This document shows positions 22,432 to 36,045 of a stretch of DNA of 64,000 nt, piece after piece. The stretch is from Eledone cirrhosa (taxonomy: Eukaryota): NCBI GenBank assembly GCA_964016885.1, contig OZ024743.1, forward strand, positions 51,274,001 to 51,338,000. Reading direction: 5' to 3'. Positions within the stretch are counted from its first letter, which is position 1; each line of letters starts with the position of its first letter. A program made the translations under genes and the position numbers. The notes under the pieces are model-generated. The model was given only the letters and a program-made list of their open reading frames with translations. It ran no database searches and was not told where the DNA came from.

Positions 22432-24345
22432 CCGGGTGAGGAGTTTAGTCCGGTGCAACTGGGTGTCTGCGTGTCCGGTGGTTGTGAGGGAGCCTCTCAT
22501 GCAATCAGGCAGTTCTTCAGCAGCTGCCCATCGGTACCGACATCCAGACACCTCATTGTCAAGTTTGACATGAGGAATGCCTTTAACTCTTTACGCCGGG
22601 ATCATCTGCTCGAGGCCTGCCTCAGCCGAGCCCCTTCTGCCTACCCGCTGGCCTACCTGTCATATGGAGCCCCGAGCATGATCCTAGCTGCTGATACGGT
22701 CATACCCTCGGCTACTGGGGTCCAACAGGGCGACCCTTTGGGACCCCTCCTGTTCGCCCTTGGTATTGACCACATCGCCCAGAGTATCACGGCCCCTCTC
22801 AACGTTTGGTATCTGGATGATGCTACGTTGGGCAGGCTCGTATGGACGATCTGCCATGACCTTCAATCAGTGATTCCTGCCCTGGCGGGAATCAGCCTCC
22901 AGGTCAACTTGGCCAAGTCGGAGGTGGTGAACGTCAGCCTCGATGCTGCGAGCTTTGCAGCCTCCGTCTTGGACGTGCGGTCCATTCTCCGCCAGGTTCA
23001 AGTGACCCCCAAAGAGGATGTCCTCATCCTCGGGTCACCGATCCACCTGCTGGCCATCCGCTCCACCATCAGGTCCAGGCTTCAACAGCTCCAGACTCTC
23101 ACGAGCCGACTGGGCTTGATTGACGGCCACCCAGCTGTCTTTCTGCTGAGGAACTGCTTCGCCATGCCGAAGCTCCTCTATACACTCCGCAGCGCTCCAT
23201 GCTACACCCAGAAATCTCTCCTCGCTGACCTCGATACTTGTATCTGAGCAGCAGCCGAGGGGATATGCAACATCAAGTTTGATGACATAGGGTGGCAACA
23301 GGCCACTTTACCAGTCAGGTATGGCGGCCTAGGCCTCCTGTCCCCGATCTCACTAGCTTTGCCGGCGTATCTTTTGTCATTAACCTCGTGCCGCTTCCTC
23401 ATCAGCAGGGTTCTTCAAAACACAACAGAACCCTGTGTTCAGAGAACGTGAGGCTGCCTGTGAGACGTGGGACCGGCTGGGACTTAGCCCAGTAGACGTC
23501 CCTCCTCCTCCTACCCCTGTTGACGTCAAGTCCCCCCAACGCACTTGGGATGCCATCCAGTGCAGCCTGGTCTCAGACAGGCTCATGCGCCAGCACCACC
23601 TTGCTTGTTTTCGTGCGACCTCCAAACCCCACAGTGGTGCCTGGCTCCATGCCCTGCCCTCCTCCACTGGCACGCAGCTAGACAACCATAGCCTGCGAAT
23701 CGGCGTTTCCCTGAGGCTCCGCCTCCGGATCTGCCAGCCACACCAATGTCGCTGTGGATCCACCGTGGACTCTTTCGGCCTCCACCCGCTTTCCTGTCGC
23801 CACAGTGCCAGCCGCATTCCACGCCATACTGCCCTCAACGAGGTCATTAAGCACGGCTTGGATGCTGCAGGCTTCCCTTCCCAGCTCGAGCTGGTGGGAC
23901 TGGATCAAGGGGACGGCAAAAGGCCAGATGGCAATACCATCTTCCCGTTCCGCGGTGGCAAACCCTTCATCTGGGATGCCACTTTATGCAGCCACAACCT
24001 GGTGCAGTCTGCAACTGACCCAGGTTCTGCTGCACGTCGGGCTGAGGGGGCCAAACTCCTCAAATACCGGTCACTCTCCGACAGGTTTGCAGTCGTTCCC
24101 CTGGCAGTGGAAACTTCTGGTGTCCTCGGCCCCAGGGCTACTTCCTTACTCACCACCATAGGTGCTGAGCTGGCCAGCCGCAGGTGTGAGCCCCACGAGT
24201 TGGAGTGGCTTTGCAAGCGCGTCTCCCTTGCCGTCCTCCGGGGAAACGCCTTCTCCATTCTGTCCGCCGAGGCTGTGGGTGGGGCCCCATCGCGTACCAA
24301 TACATTAGTTAAATACCATTCTTTCATCTGATACAACACAATAAA
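22432..24345 (+). mobile_element. CRE-like non-LTR retrotransposon (RT plus RLE), 5'-truncated
   Basis: KFDMRNAFNSL, GVQQGDPLGPLLF, WYLDD; CRCG...HPLSC zinc knuckle, RHTALN, KRPDG, WDAT, PLAVETSG. One stop and a frameshift; GC-rich. Confidence 0.9.
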
Positions 24346-24399
24346 GTAAATAAGTATAAGTTATATTCACCACTTAGTGCATCAATCGGCCGCCCATCA

Positions 24400-27115
24400 C
24401 ATTGGTCAACAGAACACTGAGGCAAGCCAAACATGTTCGCAACATTACCATGGCTGATGGCGAGGCTAAGGCTCTGAAATAACCAGGCACCCTCACAGGC
24501 ATCACCTGACACCTCAGTAAAGTGAGCCACCAGAAAAAGCAAGAACTTTGCTGTCAGTGACCCAACTCCACCAAATGTCTCAGGCTGGAAAAAAATAATT
24601 AGATAAATGCAGGTTTTTCCGAATTTTACTCCGTTCGGCAATGGAAGCAGTGACCTCCACATTTACCATGGCATCCATGATGTGGGAGGGAGCAAAAGAG
24701 TCACTGACTGGTGTCCCAGATGAGACACCTGCCTCTAACCCAGGGAGAAAGAGTAAAGATGTCTGGTTTCTTCCCACCAATTCTTGATAATCCAGCCGGC
24801 TCCAGAACTGAGGGGATATTTACCTCAGCCAGGGCCCATTTAATGATTAGGTTTAACTCTGTGTGGTGGGCAAAACAACCAGCATTCAGGCAGCAGGACA
24901 AACCATGGAGGCCTGTGGAGTCGAGGGACCTACCACAGTGATATCTCAGACCCCCACAGACATCAGCTCCCACTCAGAGCACAATGGAAATGCAGAGCCT
25001 GTCCTAACTGAGAAGACCACCAATGCTGGTCACAGGCAGAACATCAATCCAGTTCCCCTAGAAAATTAATCAGAATGATTAAAGAGAGAGTTAAGTTTCC
25101 CCTTGAACACAGATTGTCACATGCTCTCTGCTTTTGTCTATCCTCCTATCGGGAACTGACTAGCTCTCTCCACTAGTAAAGCTTCAACCATCTCCCTGAT
25201 GAAACTAGTCCATGTTGGAAAGGAGAGGATATCACCCACTAAAGGGGAGCAAGCATAGATGGAGGAAAGAAAGCAAGGTAGAGACAAAGATGTGCAGACC
25301 AAGATCTCCAAGCCATTTGGGCAAGGCAGCCTGGTCGTGGGACTCTGGAGAGAGTCGGACATTGACCAGACCCTTGGGCTCACTGAATATTAGTGATTGA
25401 CAATTCCTAAGTATAAAAAAAAAAAACATTGGTGTGGCTCAATGGCCTCGAGGTTAGCCAACTTAGATAGAAAGATGAACTCAAAGTCTTTGTTAGTAAT
25501 CGGGGCTCTACACAGATAAGGGAGAAACCACAATAAAGGGGAAGGACTGTATACAGGTCAACAGTCTTCTGGTGTGAAGCTGGATGGTTGAGAAAGAACT
25601 AGCATTTGGAACTGTTGACACGAAGGCTCCTACAACCCAGTTCCTCAATCGTCGTCTTCATGGCTGCAAGGACTTTATTTGGAGGACCACTCCAGCAAGC
25701 ATCATCCAGATACAAGACATTCAGATCCATGTCAGCTCCCATCTTGTTGACATCATCAATGCCCAGTGCGAAAAGAGCAGGTCCCCCTGTTGGACTCCTG
25801 AGGCAGATAGAATGAAATGGTCACCGAAGGAGAGGTAGGAGGGATCCCGATAGGCTTGTCAAGCTATATAGTAAAACCGAGGGCCCTCTTCTTTACTGAA
25901 TGGAGGATGACATCCCGACTAATGGAATTAAAAGCATTCCTGAGATCTAGCTGGAAGATAACCTTGGGAGTTTCAGAAGGCAAGTTGGTAAATACTCTGG
26001 TAGCATGAACAGCAGCCTTACAACCCAGCTTGGTACCCACTCTTAGCTGAATACGAGTAAATTTGGTGGACAGGCTGCCTGAAATCAAAGACAAACATAC
26101 TTTTGTAGTGTCTACCCAACTGCTATGGAGCGGAGATCACTGTTGTGCTTTGTAAAGCCAAACAGTTTAGTGCCAGAAAACAGGGGACGAATATAAGAGA
26201 GGACTTTCTCGGACGAGAACAAGTTGATGAAGTGGGTGAGGTTCTTGAAGAGACCAGCATCTCTGGCCGACATGGAGAAACCATCCTTGAGGTGCTGAAG
26301 TCGAAGTCCATCAATCCTAGCACCAGAACCCACCGAAAAGGATATAACCACCTTCCTGACATTAACGTGAAGACAGGTTGCAAATAACCTGGTGGATCGG
26401 GCCTGAAGATGTTTCACTCTCAGTTGGTTGAGTAAATCAGGAGTGTGCTGGGTGAGGGAGGACAGAGAAGAGAGGAGGCGAACAGCCCCTTTAATGTCAA
26501 ATTTGTTGAATTTGGCATTGACTGCCTTCTTTAAGTTCGGTGATCGTCCATTAATTGGAACTGAGTTGATCACCGACCTGAGATGAGTTGGGGTGGAATC
26601 AAACAACTTGAACTGCCGTATTAGGGAAGATGTGAGGGATCCGGTTTTCGCGTTTGTCAAGTGGAGAGAAACTAGAGCGAACAAAAAAAGTTTCTGCCAA
26701 TCCGAGATGTTGGATAAGCAGTTGTTCTTCACCAGCTTGGGGAGAGCATGAGTGAAACTAGTCCAAGCAGCCTTTTGGATCTATTTGATGAGTTTCAACT
26801 TAGACAAGTCTTGGAGGGATCAGAAGGGATCGACTGGTATGGGAGCAGAGAACACAGTTTGGTGGTGGATTGGCAGCATCAGAAGGGATCGACTGGTATG
26901 GGAGCAGAGAACACAGTTTGGTGGTGGATTGGCAGCATCAGAAGGGATCGACTGGTATGGGAGCAGAGAACACAGTTTGGTGGTGGATTGGCAGCATCAG
27001 ATAATAGGAGGGAGAGGATATTAGCTCTCCTGGAATGAGGTGGGCATACTGGGGAACGGGAGGATGAAAGATGATAGGATGTTACAAAATCCTTTAACCA
27101 TGCAGGTCTCCTGGT
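24400..27115 (-). mobile_element. Second, more degraded CRE-like non-LTR retrotransposon
   Basis: GIDGL-like, DLRSIAVG, QLDLRNAFNSISRD, GLHGLSC, KKPD, LIWD and WLFQSLSLAI..GN motifs across frames. Confidence 0.85.
26821..27000. repeat. 59 bp exact tandem triplication
   Basis: Units start at 26821, 26880 and 26939. Confidence 0.95.
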
Positions 27116-27547
27116 CACTCAGCGCATGACTTTAAAATAATTTATATTTAAATCTGAATAAATTTTTTTTAACCAACCATCTGTGTTAAATCTACCATTG
27201 GATGGGCAGTGAAAAGGGATGTATGGACCACACATGGGGATTGGGAGCAAGCTACAACAGAAATGAAATCTGTTTGTGGGGAAATGTGTGTGTGTAAACA
27301 TTTAAAACAGTAAATTCAATAACTGTAAAAACTGCAAAAATAGAGTAATGATATACTAAAATGTTGAAGAGAGGAAGCCAAAATCTGAAAAAGGAATTTT
27401 GAGATGTACCAAAGTGAGGAAATGTGTGTGAAATGTTGAGATGTTGGATGTGTGGAAACATTAGAAACAGTAAATTCAATAAAAGTGTAAAAATAGAAGC
27501 ATGAGATGTATGAAAGACAGTGGAGGGGAAATATTTTAATGGTGTCT

Positions 27548-27680
27548 GATTTAGGCACAAGGCCAACAATTTGAAGAGGAGGGGAAAGTTGATTAAATCG
27601 ACCCCAGTGTGTTACTGGTACTTTATTTTATTGACTCTGTAAGGATGAAAGGCAAAGCTAACCTCGGTGGGATTTGAACT
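27548..27680 (-). mobile_element. tRNA-derived SINE, partial
   Basis: ggcacaaggcc ... aaggatgaaaggcaaag ... gggatttgaact. Confidence 0.75.
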
Positions 27681-28369
27681 AATAATGCTTTCACGAAATA
27701 CATGTCACTCATGATTACAGATAAAATGTTAAACTAAAACTTCGATCACTCAGTCCTGATTTCTTTTCAGTCCCAGATTGGCATTAAACTGGAGCTTGAA
27801 GCAGTCTTCCAAAGAGTCCTTTCCTAATTTAGGATGGTATGATATGACCGGAAAGAAATTTGGCTGCTATTTCTAACAGGTCAAGCGCCCACTTAGGTTT
27901 TCTCGCCTTCGCTCGAAGTAAACATATTTGTTATTGTTATTGGCCAAAATGTTCTTGTTGAAATTAGTAATTTCTACAGGATAGGTGAGATTCTAAAAAG
28001 AAAAGCTTCAAACAACGTTACCATTTAAATCAAAAAGTTCAGCATTATACATTAGTCTTTTGTGTTGGGTCAACAAAACAATTGATATTAAATGAAGATC
28101 ACATTAACATCAAACGAGGAAAGATTTTAGCTGACCAACATAGGAAACAATATAACAGGACACTTTGTAGAATAATTATTTCAATTATTTTCTCTTTTTT
28201 CCTATCAGCTTTCTGTTTCTTTTCAGTTTTTTTTCTCTTCTTTTCTTTAACCTTCTCATTAGATTATATGTTGTCTTATTTTCTGCTTAGATCATATACT
28301 TGTGTGTATTATATCTATAAGGTTCCATGTGGAACACCAGGACTATAATACAATCTCCCTCGTTGAGGT

Positions 28370-28720
28370 CATTCTTTTTTTTCTTTCTTGGAGGGTAGCA
28401 ATACGTGGTTGTTGCTGCTGACTCTAGCAGAGCCCCAAGAAAACATGTCCATCTCAACTGTGGACAGATGTGACAATTTTTACCTTAACTGAGAATATGT
28501 GAATAAATGGGCAAGTAGAATCCAATGCATGGCTTCTGAGCATTAGGAAATGGAACAATTAATGATGTGGGCTTAGATGAAGATCTGATAGAAATACATG
28601 AAACCATCATTTCTTTTGGAAATTTGTTAAGAGACATATTTGGCAATGCCATTTCTGTTGTCAGTATTGGTGATATTGATGAAATTGACAAAAATTATTT
28701 TAACACCAAAAAGACAAAGA
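28370..28720 (+). pseudogene. Helitron/PIF1 helicase fragment
   Basis: Degenerate LW...TLTENM(R)I, WLLSI.NG, DIFG and ILTPK motifs. Confidence 0.6.
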
Positions 28721-28754
28721 TTCAACCAAACTGAATACTAAGATATTATCACTG

Positions 28755-29420
28755 ATTGCAGTTGGTGGCTTTAATGGGCAAGTTGGGAAATGGCACAAGA
28801 AATGAGGGAGGGACTAGGCTTCTGGAGTTTTGAAATGCTCTTGATTTATTGATCTTTAACACAAACTTCAAAAAACCAACCAACCAATTACCCAGGGGTA
28901 TACAAGCCAATTAGACTTCATCCTCACCAGGAAACAAGACAGGCAAATGGTCATAAATACGAAGTCCTCCCTTGGGGAGAAATGTACCTCCCAAAATAGA
29001 TTAGTTGTCAGTGACCTTAGAGTAAGCGTTAGGTGGACCAAGAGACAAAAGCCAGTCTCGAGAAGGAAGACATGAAAGAACCTTCTGTAAACAAATTTAG
29101 AGAAATCCTTCTTGACGCATATGATAGTAAGGAAGAGGAGTTAGGGACATATTACATAGAGAAAAATTGGGAATTTCAACGGGACAACTTTCTGGAAGCC
29201 ACGAACCAAGTCTGCGGCTGGAGCAAGGTCTCACCAAGATAGAGAGTGACATGATAGTGGAATAACAAAGTAGAAAGAGCCATTAAAACAAAAAAGACAA
29301 GCCTGGAGAAAATGGAGGAACAGAGGAATCAGAAAGCAATACCAGATAGCTAAAAGAGAAGCCAGGTGTCATGTATATTGAGCAAGGGTAGAGGCAGAAA
29401 AGAAGAAGTTTGCACATGTT
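28755..29420 (+). mobile_element. RTE LINE endonuclease/linker fragment
   Basis: GGFNGQVG, NTNFKK, QLDFILTR, RLVVSDL and WNNKVERAI remnants. Confidence 0.75.
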
Positions 29421-29424
29421 TTGG

Positions 29425-31230
29425 CATACCATGAAACAAGATGTACAAATGTTCAAAGTGTTAATGTGTGCAAAGGTAAAATTTTCAAGTCCTAAACCTA
29501 GAACTCTAATGGTGTTAGACTCTTCAGGATATCCAATGGAGAAGATAGCAATGGATATATTACAGCCACTTCCTATAACAGAAAAGGGGAATAGGTTTCA
29601 AATTTTTTTTTTAAATGGCAGAGGCATTTGCCTTGCCAGATAAAGCAGAAACCATTGCTGAAAAACTTGATGAAGTCTTGTCATTTCAATATTCCAGAAA
29701 GAATATACACAGACCAAGATGCAGATTTTGACTCACACTTAACACATGAAATATGCAAGTTGCTGAACATTGAGAAAACAAGAACAATACTATAACATCC
29801 AGAATCAGATGGACAAGTTGAACACATGAATCATACTTTTTATCAGATGTTAAAAATGTTTGTTAATGGAAATCAGAAGAACTAGGATGAGGTAATTCCC
29901 AAAATTTTTATTTGCATACCGTTCAAGTGAACATTCAGTCACAAAATTTAGTCCCCACTTTATTATGACAGGGAGAGAAATCAATTTACCTGTTGATGTA
30001 ATATTTATGGGGTTCACAAAGTAGATGTTAAAATGTGCTAGATTTTGTAAGCAAAATCTGCAAAACCCTGATAAGAGGTTATGAATTAGAGAGAATATTA
30101 CTGCAGCACACGCCAGAAAATATGGTTTGATTGGTAAGCAAATGGTCCAAAACACAAAGTTGGTGATCAAGTTCTATTATATTCTCCAGCTGTGAAAAAG
30201 ATAAGGAAATTATAGTTTTCCTAGAAAGGCCCCTTTGATGTGATCAAAGTTATAAAGGATGCACTATACAGAGTTCAACTTATTCATGGATGGTATAGGA
30301 AAGTGATTTGTTTTATCAAGTTGAAACCTGCACCAGTTGGTATAGGAAAGTGATTTGTTTTATCAAGTTGAAAGCTGCACCAGTTGAAAATATGAATGTA
30401 CAAAGTTCAGAAAAAAAAATGAAAATGATTTACTTTCAATTAGGAAAGGAAGTGGGGTAAAAATGATAAACCTGAGGAAGTGGATGAAGAGAGTGACAAT
30501 GAAAGTGACAATAGTGAGAGTTGGGATACAATTGAAAATGGAGGTGTGAACAACAAGTCTGGCTGTCAAATAAGACACACTATTAGATTTGGTGATTATA
30601 CAATGAATTGGTAATCATGTTTTGTTTTGTTTTAAATAGTGCATCTTATCAATTGTAAATAAAGAATTTGTGAAGAACAAATGGAAGAAATAATTGTTTC
30701 TACTTTTGGCACAAGGCCAGCAACTATCCTAGTGTATTACTGGTACTTTATTTTATCGACCCTGTAAGGATGAAAGGCAAAGTTAACCTCGGCAGGATTT
30801 GAACTCAGACCACAAAGGGCCGTAACTCTTTGCTGCAAAACATGGCGTCCAACCCTCTACCGATACTGCCAATCCAAAGAATACAAAACTCTCAGACGAG
30901 GAGGAAATAGAGAAAGGAGCATGAAAAACAAAAGAACAAGAAAAGAAATGTATTGAAAATGGAACTAGAATTGATTGATATTTGAAATTAAAGTTAAAAA
31001 TTGTGCATTTTATTAGCAGTAATATGAGTAAAACTTTGTATTGTATATAAAATAACATTTGGTACAAAAGCTGTTAATATTGATTAACCATTTGATAATT
31101 TTGTTTATTGGACTTTAAACATGAAAGTCAATGTTAAATGAACTGAATAAGAAAAGTGAAACAAATGTGCAAAGTTATATGAAATATTAGTAAAAGATAC
31201 GTGGACACTTCTTAGCCGAGGAGGAATGGT
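29425..31230 (+). mobile_element. Degraded Gypsy integrase and 3' region, second family
   Basis: PMEKIAMDILQPLP, HTDQ, HPESDGQVE and GPF remnants; purine tract gccgaggaggaatgg before TGTG at ~31230. Confidence 0.7.
30691..30870 (-). mobile_element. tRNA-derived SINE
   Basis: Same family as 10667-11005. Confidence 0.85.
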
Positions 31231-31784
31231 GTGCTTCACAATAGTGAATTAATGATTGAATTCTTTAATATATTTAGTTTATGCCAAGGTCATGACCTGG
31301 TAGAACAGGAACGTCTAACATATTTAGTGTATGCCAAGGTCGTGACCTGGAAGAGCAGGAGCATCTAACTGAAAAAAAAAAAAAAAGATGCCATCACTTT
31401 TTAACTTGGTGACTTCAGTTGTATTTGGGGAAAATGAGGCTTGGAAAAATAGAAAACAATTGGCTAAGTTATCATGCAGATGGAATGAACTGAAAACCAT
31501 GTGACTATGAAGCAAACCTTTAATCACACAGTCCTGTCTATGCTTTATTAACAAGGAAATTTAAGGTTATTAAATCGAAGAGTACACTGGAAAAAAATGA
31601 GATAAACTGAGGAAAAGAATGTTCATTGTCAATAAATAGAAAAGACCAGAGATGCCGGCAACAGATGAAGACTTGTTAGTGATAATGGAACTGAAGGTGT
31701 GTGTGTGGAGCACCTAAGTCTGGCTCAAGTGGAAGAATCCCCTCTATACTGATGGACAGTAGAATCAACTGTGGTTTCACAAAG

Positions 31785-32200
31785 AATCTGTGTAAGGACT
31801 TGGATACTACAGTGGGAAAGGAATTGGGCCACTACTTCTGTATAACTGATGAACAGCCACATCAATGAGAGCAAGGAATTGGGTCCCCTATTCATATATA
31901 ACTGTTCAAGAACATCTCTCAATAAAATAACGAAGACAGGCAGCATTGGAAACTAGAGATCTCCAGGCTTTTCAGAACAGATTATGTTGAGAGATCTCCA
32001 ACCTCTAGAAAAGAAGGAAGATAAATTGTTGCATAGAACCAGTGTTTCACATCCTGTACAAAGTAAAATGGTCAACTTCAAATTCACAAAACAAAATATG
32101 CCGACCACCAGAAAAATAATCAAGGAAACATGTTAAATAGCAACTAGTCTCCTCTCATCAAAGATGATGTACAAAACAAGGGGAAGCACAGACCTGGAAT
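31785..32200 (+). repeat. Dispersed repeat, possibly LTR-derived; second copy at ~38790-39170
   Basis: Shared ctacttctgtataactgatgaacagc, cattggaaactagagatctcc and tcaaggaaacatgttaaatagcaactagt blocks; lies 3' of the candidate PPT. Confidence 0.7.
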
Positions 32201-33571
32201 CTCTCTCTCTCATAGGTAGGAAGGTAGTTGCATGTATGTTGGACTTCTGTTGCTTCTGACAGTGTTCTAGTTGTTTGATCAATGATGCAGCCTGCTCATG
32301 AAATGAACATGCAAGTGGCTGAGCATGCCAGAGACGTGCATTCCCTTAAAGTAATTATTAACACTTATTTTACTAACCTTGTAAAGCTGAAAAATACCCT
32401 CGTTAGCGGGTTTAAGGCTACAGACCAAGCCTTGATGTATCCAATGACCCTGTACCCTAATGACTCATGTCCAATCAGGTAATGCCATGAGCAAAGTATA
32501 TTAGTGGTATTTATATAACCAATCTTTGTCTTCTCATATCAGTAAGATTTGTAGGATTGCATGGCATATTATTGATAACAAAAAGAAAAAACTCAATCAT
32601 AAGACCAAGAAAACAATGTTTCCATTTTTATTTTTGCTGATACAACCTGCCATTCCTAACGTCTAGCAGAAGAAGGTGGGATTTGAACTCAGGAGACACA
32701 CAGTCAAAACAGATGCTGCAAAGCATCCCATCTGACTTGAGCCATTCTACCAATCCACCACCCATGGATTGGTATTTTATCAACTTCCAAAGGATGAAAG
32801 GCAAAATAGTCTTCAGTGGGATTTGAATGTTAAGAGTCGAAGGCTGGAACAAATACCATTTAATCTGGTGCTCTTTACAATTTGCCACTAAAAACGAGAG
32901 ATTTGAACTCCAGCCTGGACATTCATTAAGTCTACATTCCACCAAATTAATAATTAGAATATCATTTAAAGTATTGTTATGTGACCCTTGGCTATCTATA
33001 AACCCAGAAATGGTCATTTCAAATACTCCTTCAGACATGTACCATTACATCAGTATAGACTTCAGTATGAAAATGTAGTTTACCTCTGTCGAGGTAGTGT
33101 GCCATCACCTGTTGTGTATTGGGTAGCTATGAATCTAAAGACGGTAATTTCAAATACTTTAGACACCTATACGTGTTGTGTATTAGAGAGGCAAGAACCC
33201 AGAGATGGTGACCACAGGATTCTAACATCAACTGAATAAGGTATGGAGAGAGGCAAACATTATCAACAAATGAATATGATGAAACATATCCAGAAGTATT
33301 TAATCTTGCGAAATTAATGATTGATGGGGACTTTTTCAGCAGCTTGCTATGAGGATTGAACCATGTTTTGTTGGTATTATATATCACCAGGATTCGCTTA
33401 TCTCTCTCTAAGTATTTTTTAGCTTATTTCTGTTTCATGTCAATCATTGCTTGTTTTAATGGTTCTTTAAAACAGAAGCCAATGATAGCACTCATCCTAC
33501 TGACATTCATTAAACTAGCTCTACATTTTTAATGAGATAAAAAAGTAAATAAATTTGAAACATTCCACCAT

Positions 33572-33607
<36 letters not shown>

Positions 33608-33649
33608 TAAATTTGTTTTGCAAGGTTTTTGATATGAAATCAGCGTCAG

Positions 33650-34840
33650 CATAGCTGGCGATATTGCCAACCTATTTATGGTATGGTGGGAAAGGAGACT
33701 CAGAGAACACCTAGCAGAGAATTCCATAGCCCTCATTATGTACTCTGGTTACATAGATGACATTAATATAATCATAAAAACGCCCCCACAAGAGAGTACC
33801 AATAAACCTGAATTAGAAACTAACACCATGGAGAGCATCCAGCAGATAGCTAATTCCACACACCAGAGCATCACAGTAACTATCGACTACCCTTCCAAAC
33901 ATCCTAACAATAAACTACCAGTATTAGACGCAGGGTTTTCTTGTTAATAGAATGTAATCCGAGTTCAAATCCTCCACTCACATTATGCTAAACCCATGTC
34001 CTCCAAATACCTAATACACAAAAACTCAGTGATGTCCAATAGTTTAATATTCTGGTGGCAGACTTGGTAAGAGTGATGAAGAATGTGACCCGCATGTGCG
34101 ATCCAACTGAACTGAAGAGACACGTACAACACTTCAATCACATGCATTTCTCTGGCTACAACCAATGAGACAGAATCAAGGTATACAAAGGAGCCATGGT
34201 GAAATATAAGACCCTCATACAGATGGACTTGAAAGGGATTTTCCCACTGTACAGGAGCAAATCATGGAATAGCATAAGATAGGACCAGACAAAAGATAGG
34301 GAAAGCCACTTCATTGTACGACAACCAGAAATACCAGAGTGTCATGTTCGTGGATGCAGCCACTGGAGGTGAACTAGCTAAACAATTTAGAAAGACCTAT
34401 TTAAAGATTAAAGCAGTAGAAAAGCCATAGCTACCATAAAATCCCTGATCAGCAAAACATACTCCTTTAAGAAAACCCACTGTACGAATAAGAAATGTGT
34501 TATATGTAGAATAAGTCCACAAATAAATTGTAAAACTAGAAATGTAGTCTATAGCAAAAGATGCACAGAGGGTGCCTGCAGAAACATGACGACATACATA
34601 GGAGAGAGAATAGTTGAACACTGGGGTGAACTAAAAGGACAAAAAGATGGTTCGGTGCTATATGAACACGCTTGACTAGGACATGATCATAATATAGACA
34701 ATAGAGAAATTAAAATAATACCTAAAAGTAGATATGACTCAACAAATAGACAAATTAGGGAAGCAACAGAAATAGAATTAAGAAGACCGAAGCTGAACAG
34801 AAAACATGAATGGAATACCAACAACCATACAATAGTGATC
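33650..34840 (+). mobile_element. Penelope-like element, RT C-terminus and GIY-YIG remnant
   Basis: YSGYIDDINII, DYPSKHPNNKLPVLD, HYAKPMSS; later NVVY, YIGE and RQIREA..I...LNRKHEW. Confidence 0.8.
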
Positions 34841-35014
34841 TAAGATAAATATAAGATACACATACAACACCCTAGTGACCAAAGGTAGAATACAAACACA
34901 GACTCAGACATGAACACACATCAAGAGATAACAATAAATAAATAAAATAGAATAAGAAAACATTACAACAATACAACAGGAGGAAACATAACACTAAGAT
35001 TGGTTAGTCTTGAA

Positions 35015-35057
<43 letters not shown>

Positions 35058-35062
<5 letters not shown>

Positions 35063-35847
35063 AGCAAAAGATAACCCAAGTCAATGAAAAATATCCTAAC
35101 ACAGGCCAAAGCCCAGTCGACCTTAAAAAAAACCAACAGTGAAAAAAAAAAAAAATGCAGAAGACCCATCTGTAGTATATGCATCAACCTAATAGAGGGA
35201 TCGGAGTTCTGTTTCAAACAGGGTCAACGCTTTACGGTGAAAAACAATTTCACATGTGCATCAGAAAACCTGATATATGTATTAACTTAGGCTGTCAAGA
35301 GCACGACATAGGACAAACTAAAAACAGTCTTCATCAGCGTATGACCGTTCATAGATCCAAATTAAAATACAGGAATACAGAAAAATAGCAATGAGTGAAC
35401 ACATTGCCACTTGCGTCTCTAATGAACAACCCGACTTCAGAATTTTCCCCCCTCTATAAATTTAAAGACAACTCTACCCCCAATCAACTCTAATGAATCA
35501 TACTTCATCACAAAATACGAACCTCGTTTAAATGCATCCACCACAGACGAAACTGAAACAAGCACCCAACAATAACTCCAATGGAAAAATTAAGGACAGT
35601 ATTTCCTACAGAAATACTAAGATAGATATATTTAGAAACAATCACTACTTCAGGTCAGTCCCACGGACAGCTTCTATTACTAATAATATTATTACCACAT
35701 CTCCCCGTCGTCTCCTTCCTCCTTTACTATACCCCTATTATTACGACCACACCTACTCCCTCTACTACTACTGCAATTGAAGTCAACAGCCAATTAGCTG
35801 CTACTACCAGCAAACCACCAAGGGAGAGAGAGAACGAAAATGTGAAT

Positions 35848-35889
<42 letters not shown>

Positions 35890-36045
35890 TATGTTCTTTA
35901 ATTTCCTCTTCTAATTAATATACCTTAATTTTATTATATACTTTTTATCATTTCCTGTAGCATCAAGACGCCGAAATGTTTATTGGCCGAAACTAGTACT
36001 ATAAATTACTTTTAAAAAATGTTTTGGTATTATTCTATGAGAAAA
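35058..36045 (+). mobile_element. Second Penelope-like element 3' fragment (Cys linker, GIY-YIG, 3' end with degenerate hammerhead)
   Basis: CRRPICSIC, FTCASENLIYVLT, IGQTKNSLHQRMTVHR; begins in (TA)n; GGCCGAAACTAGTA at 35985-35998. Confidence 0.8.
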
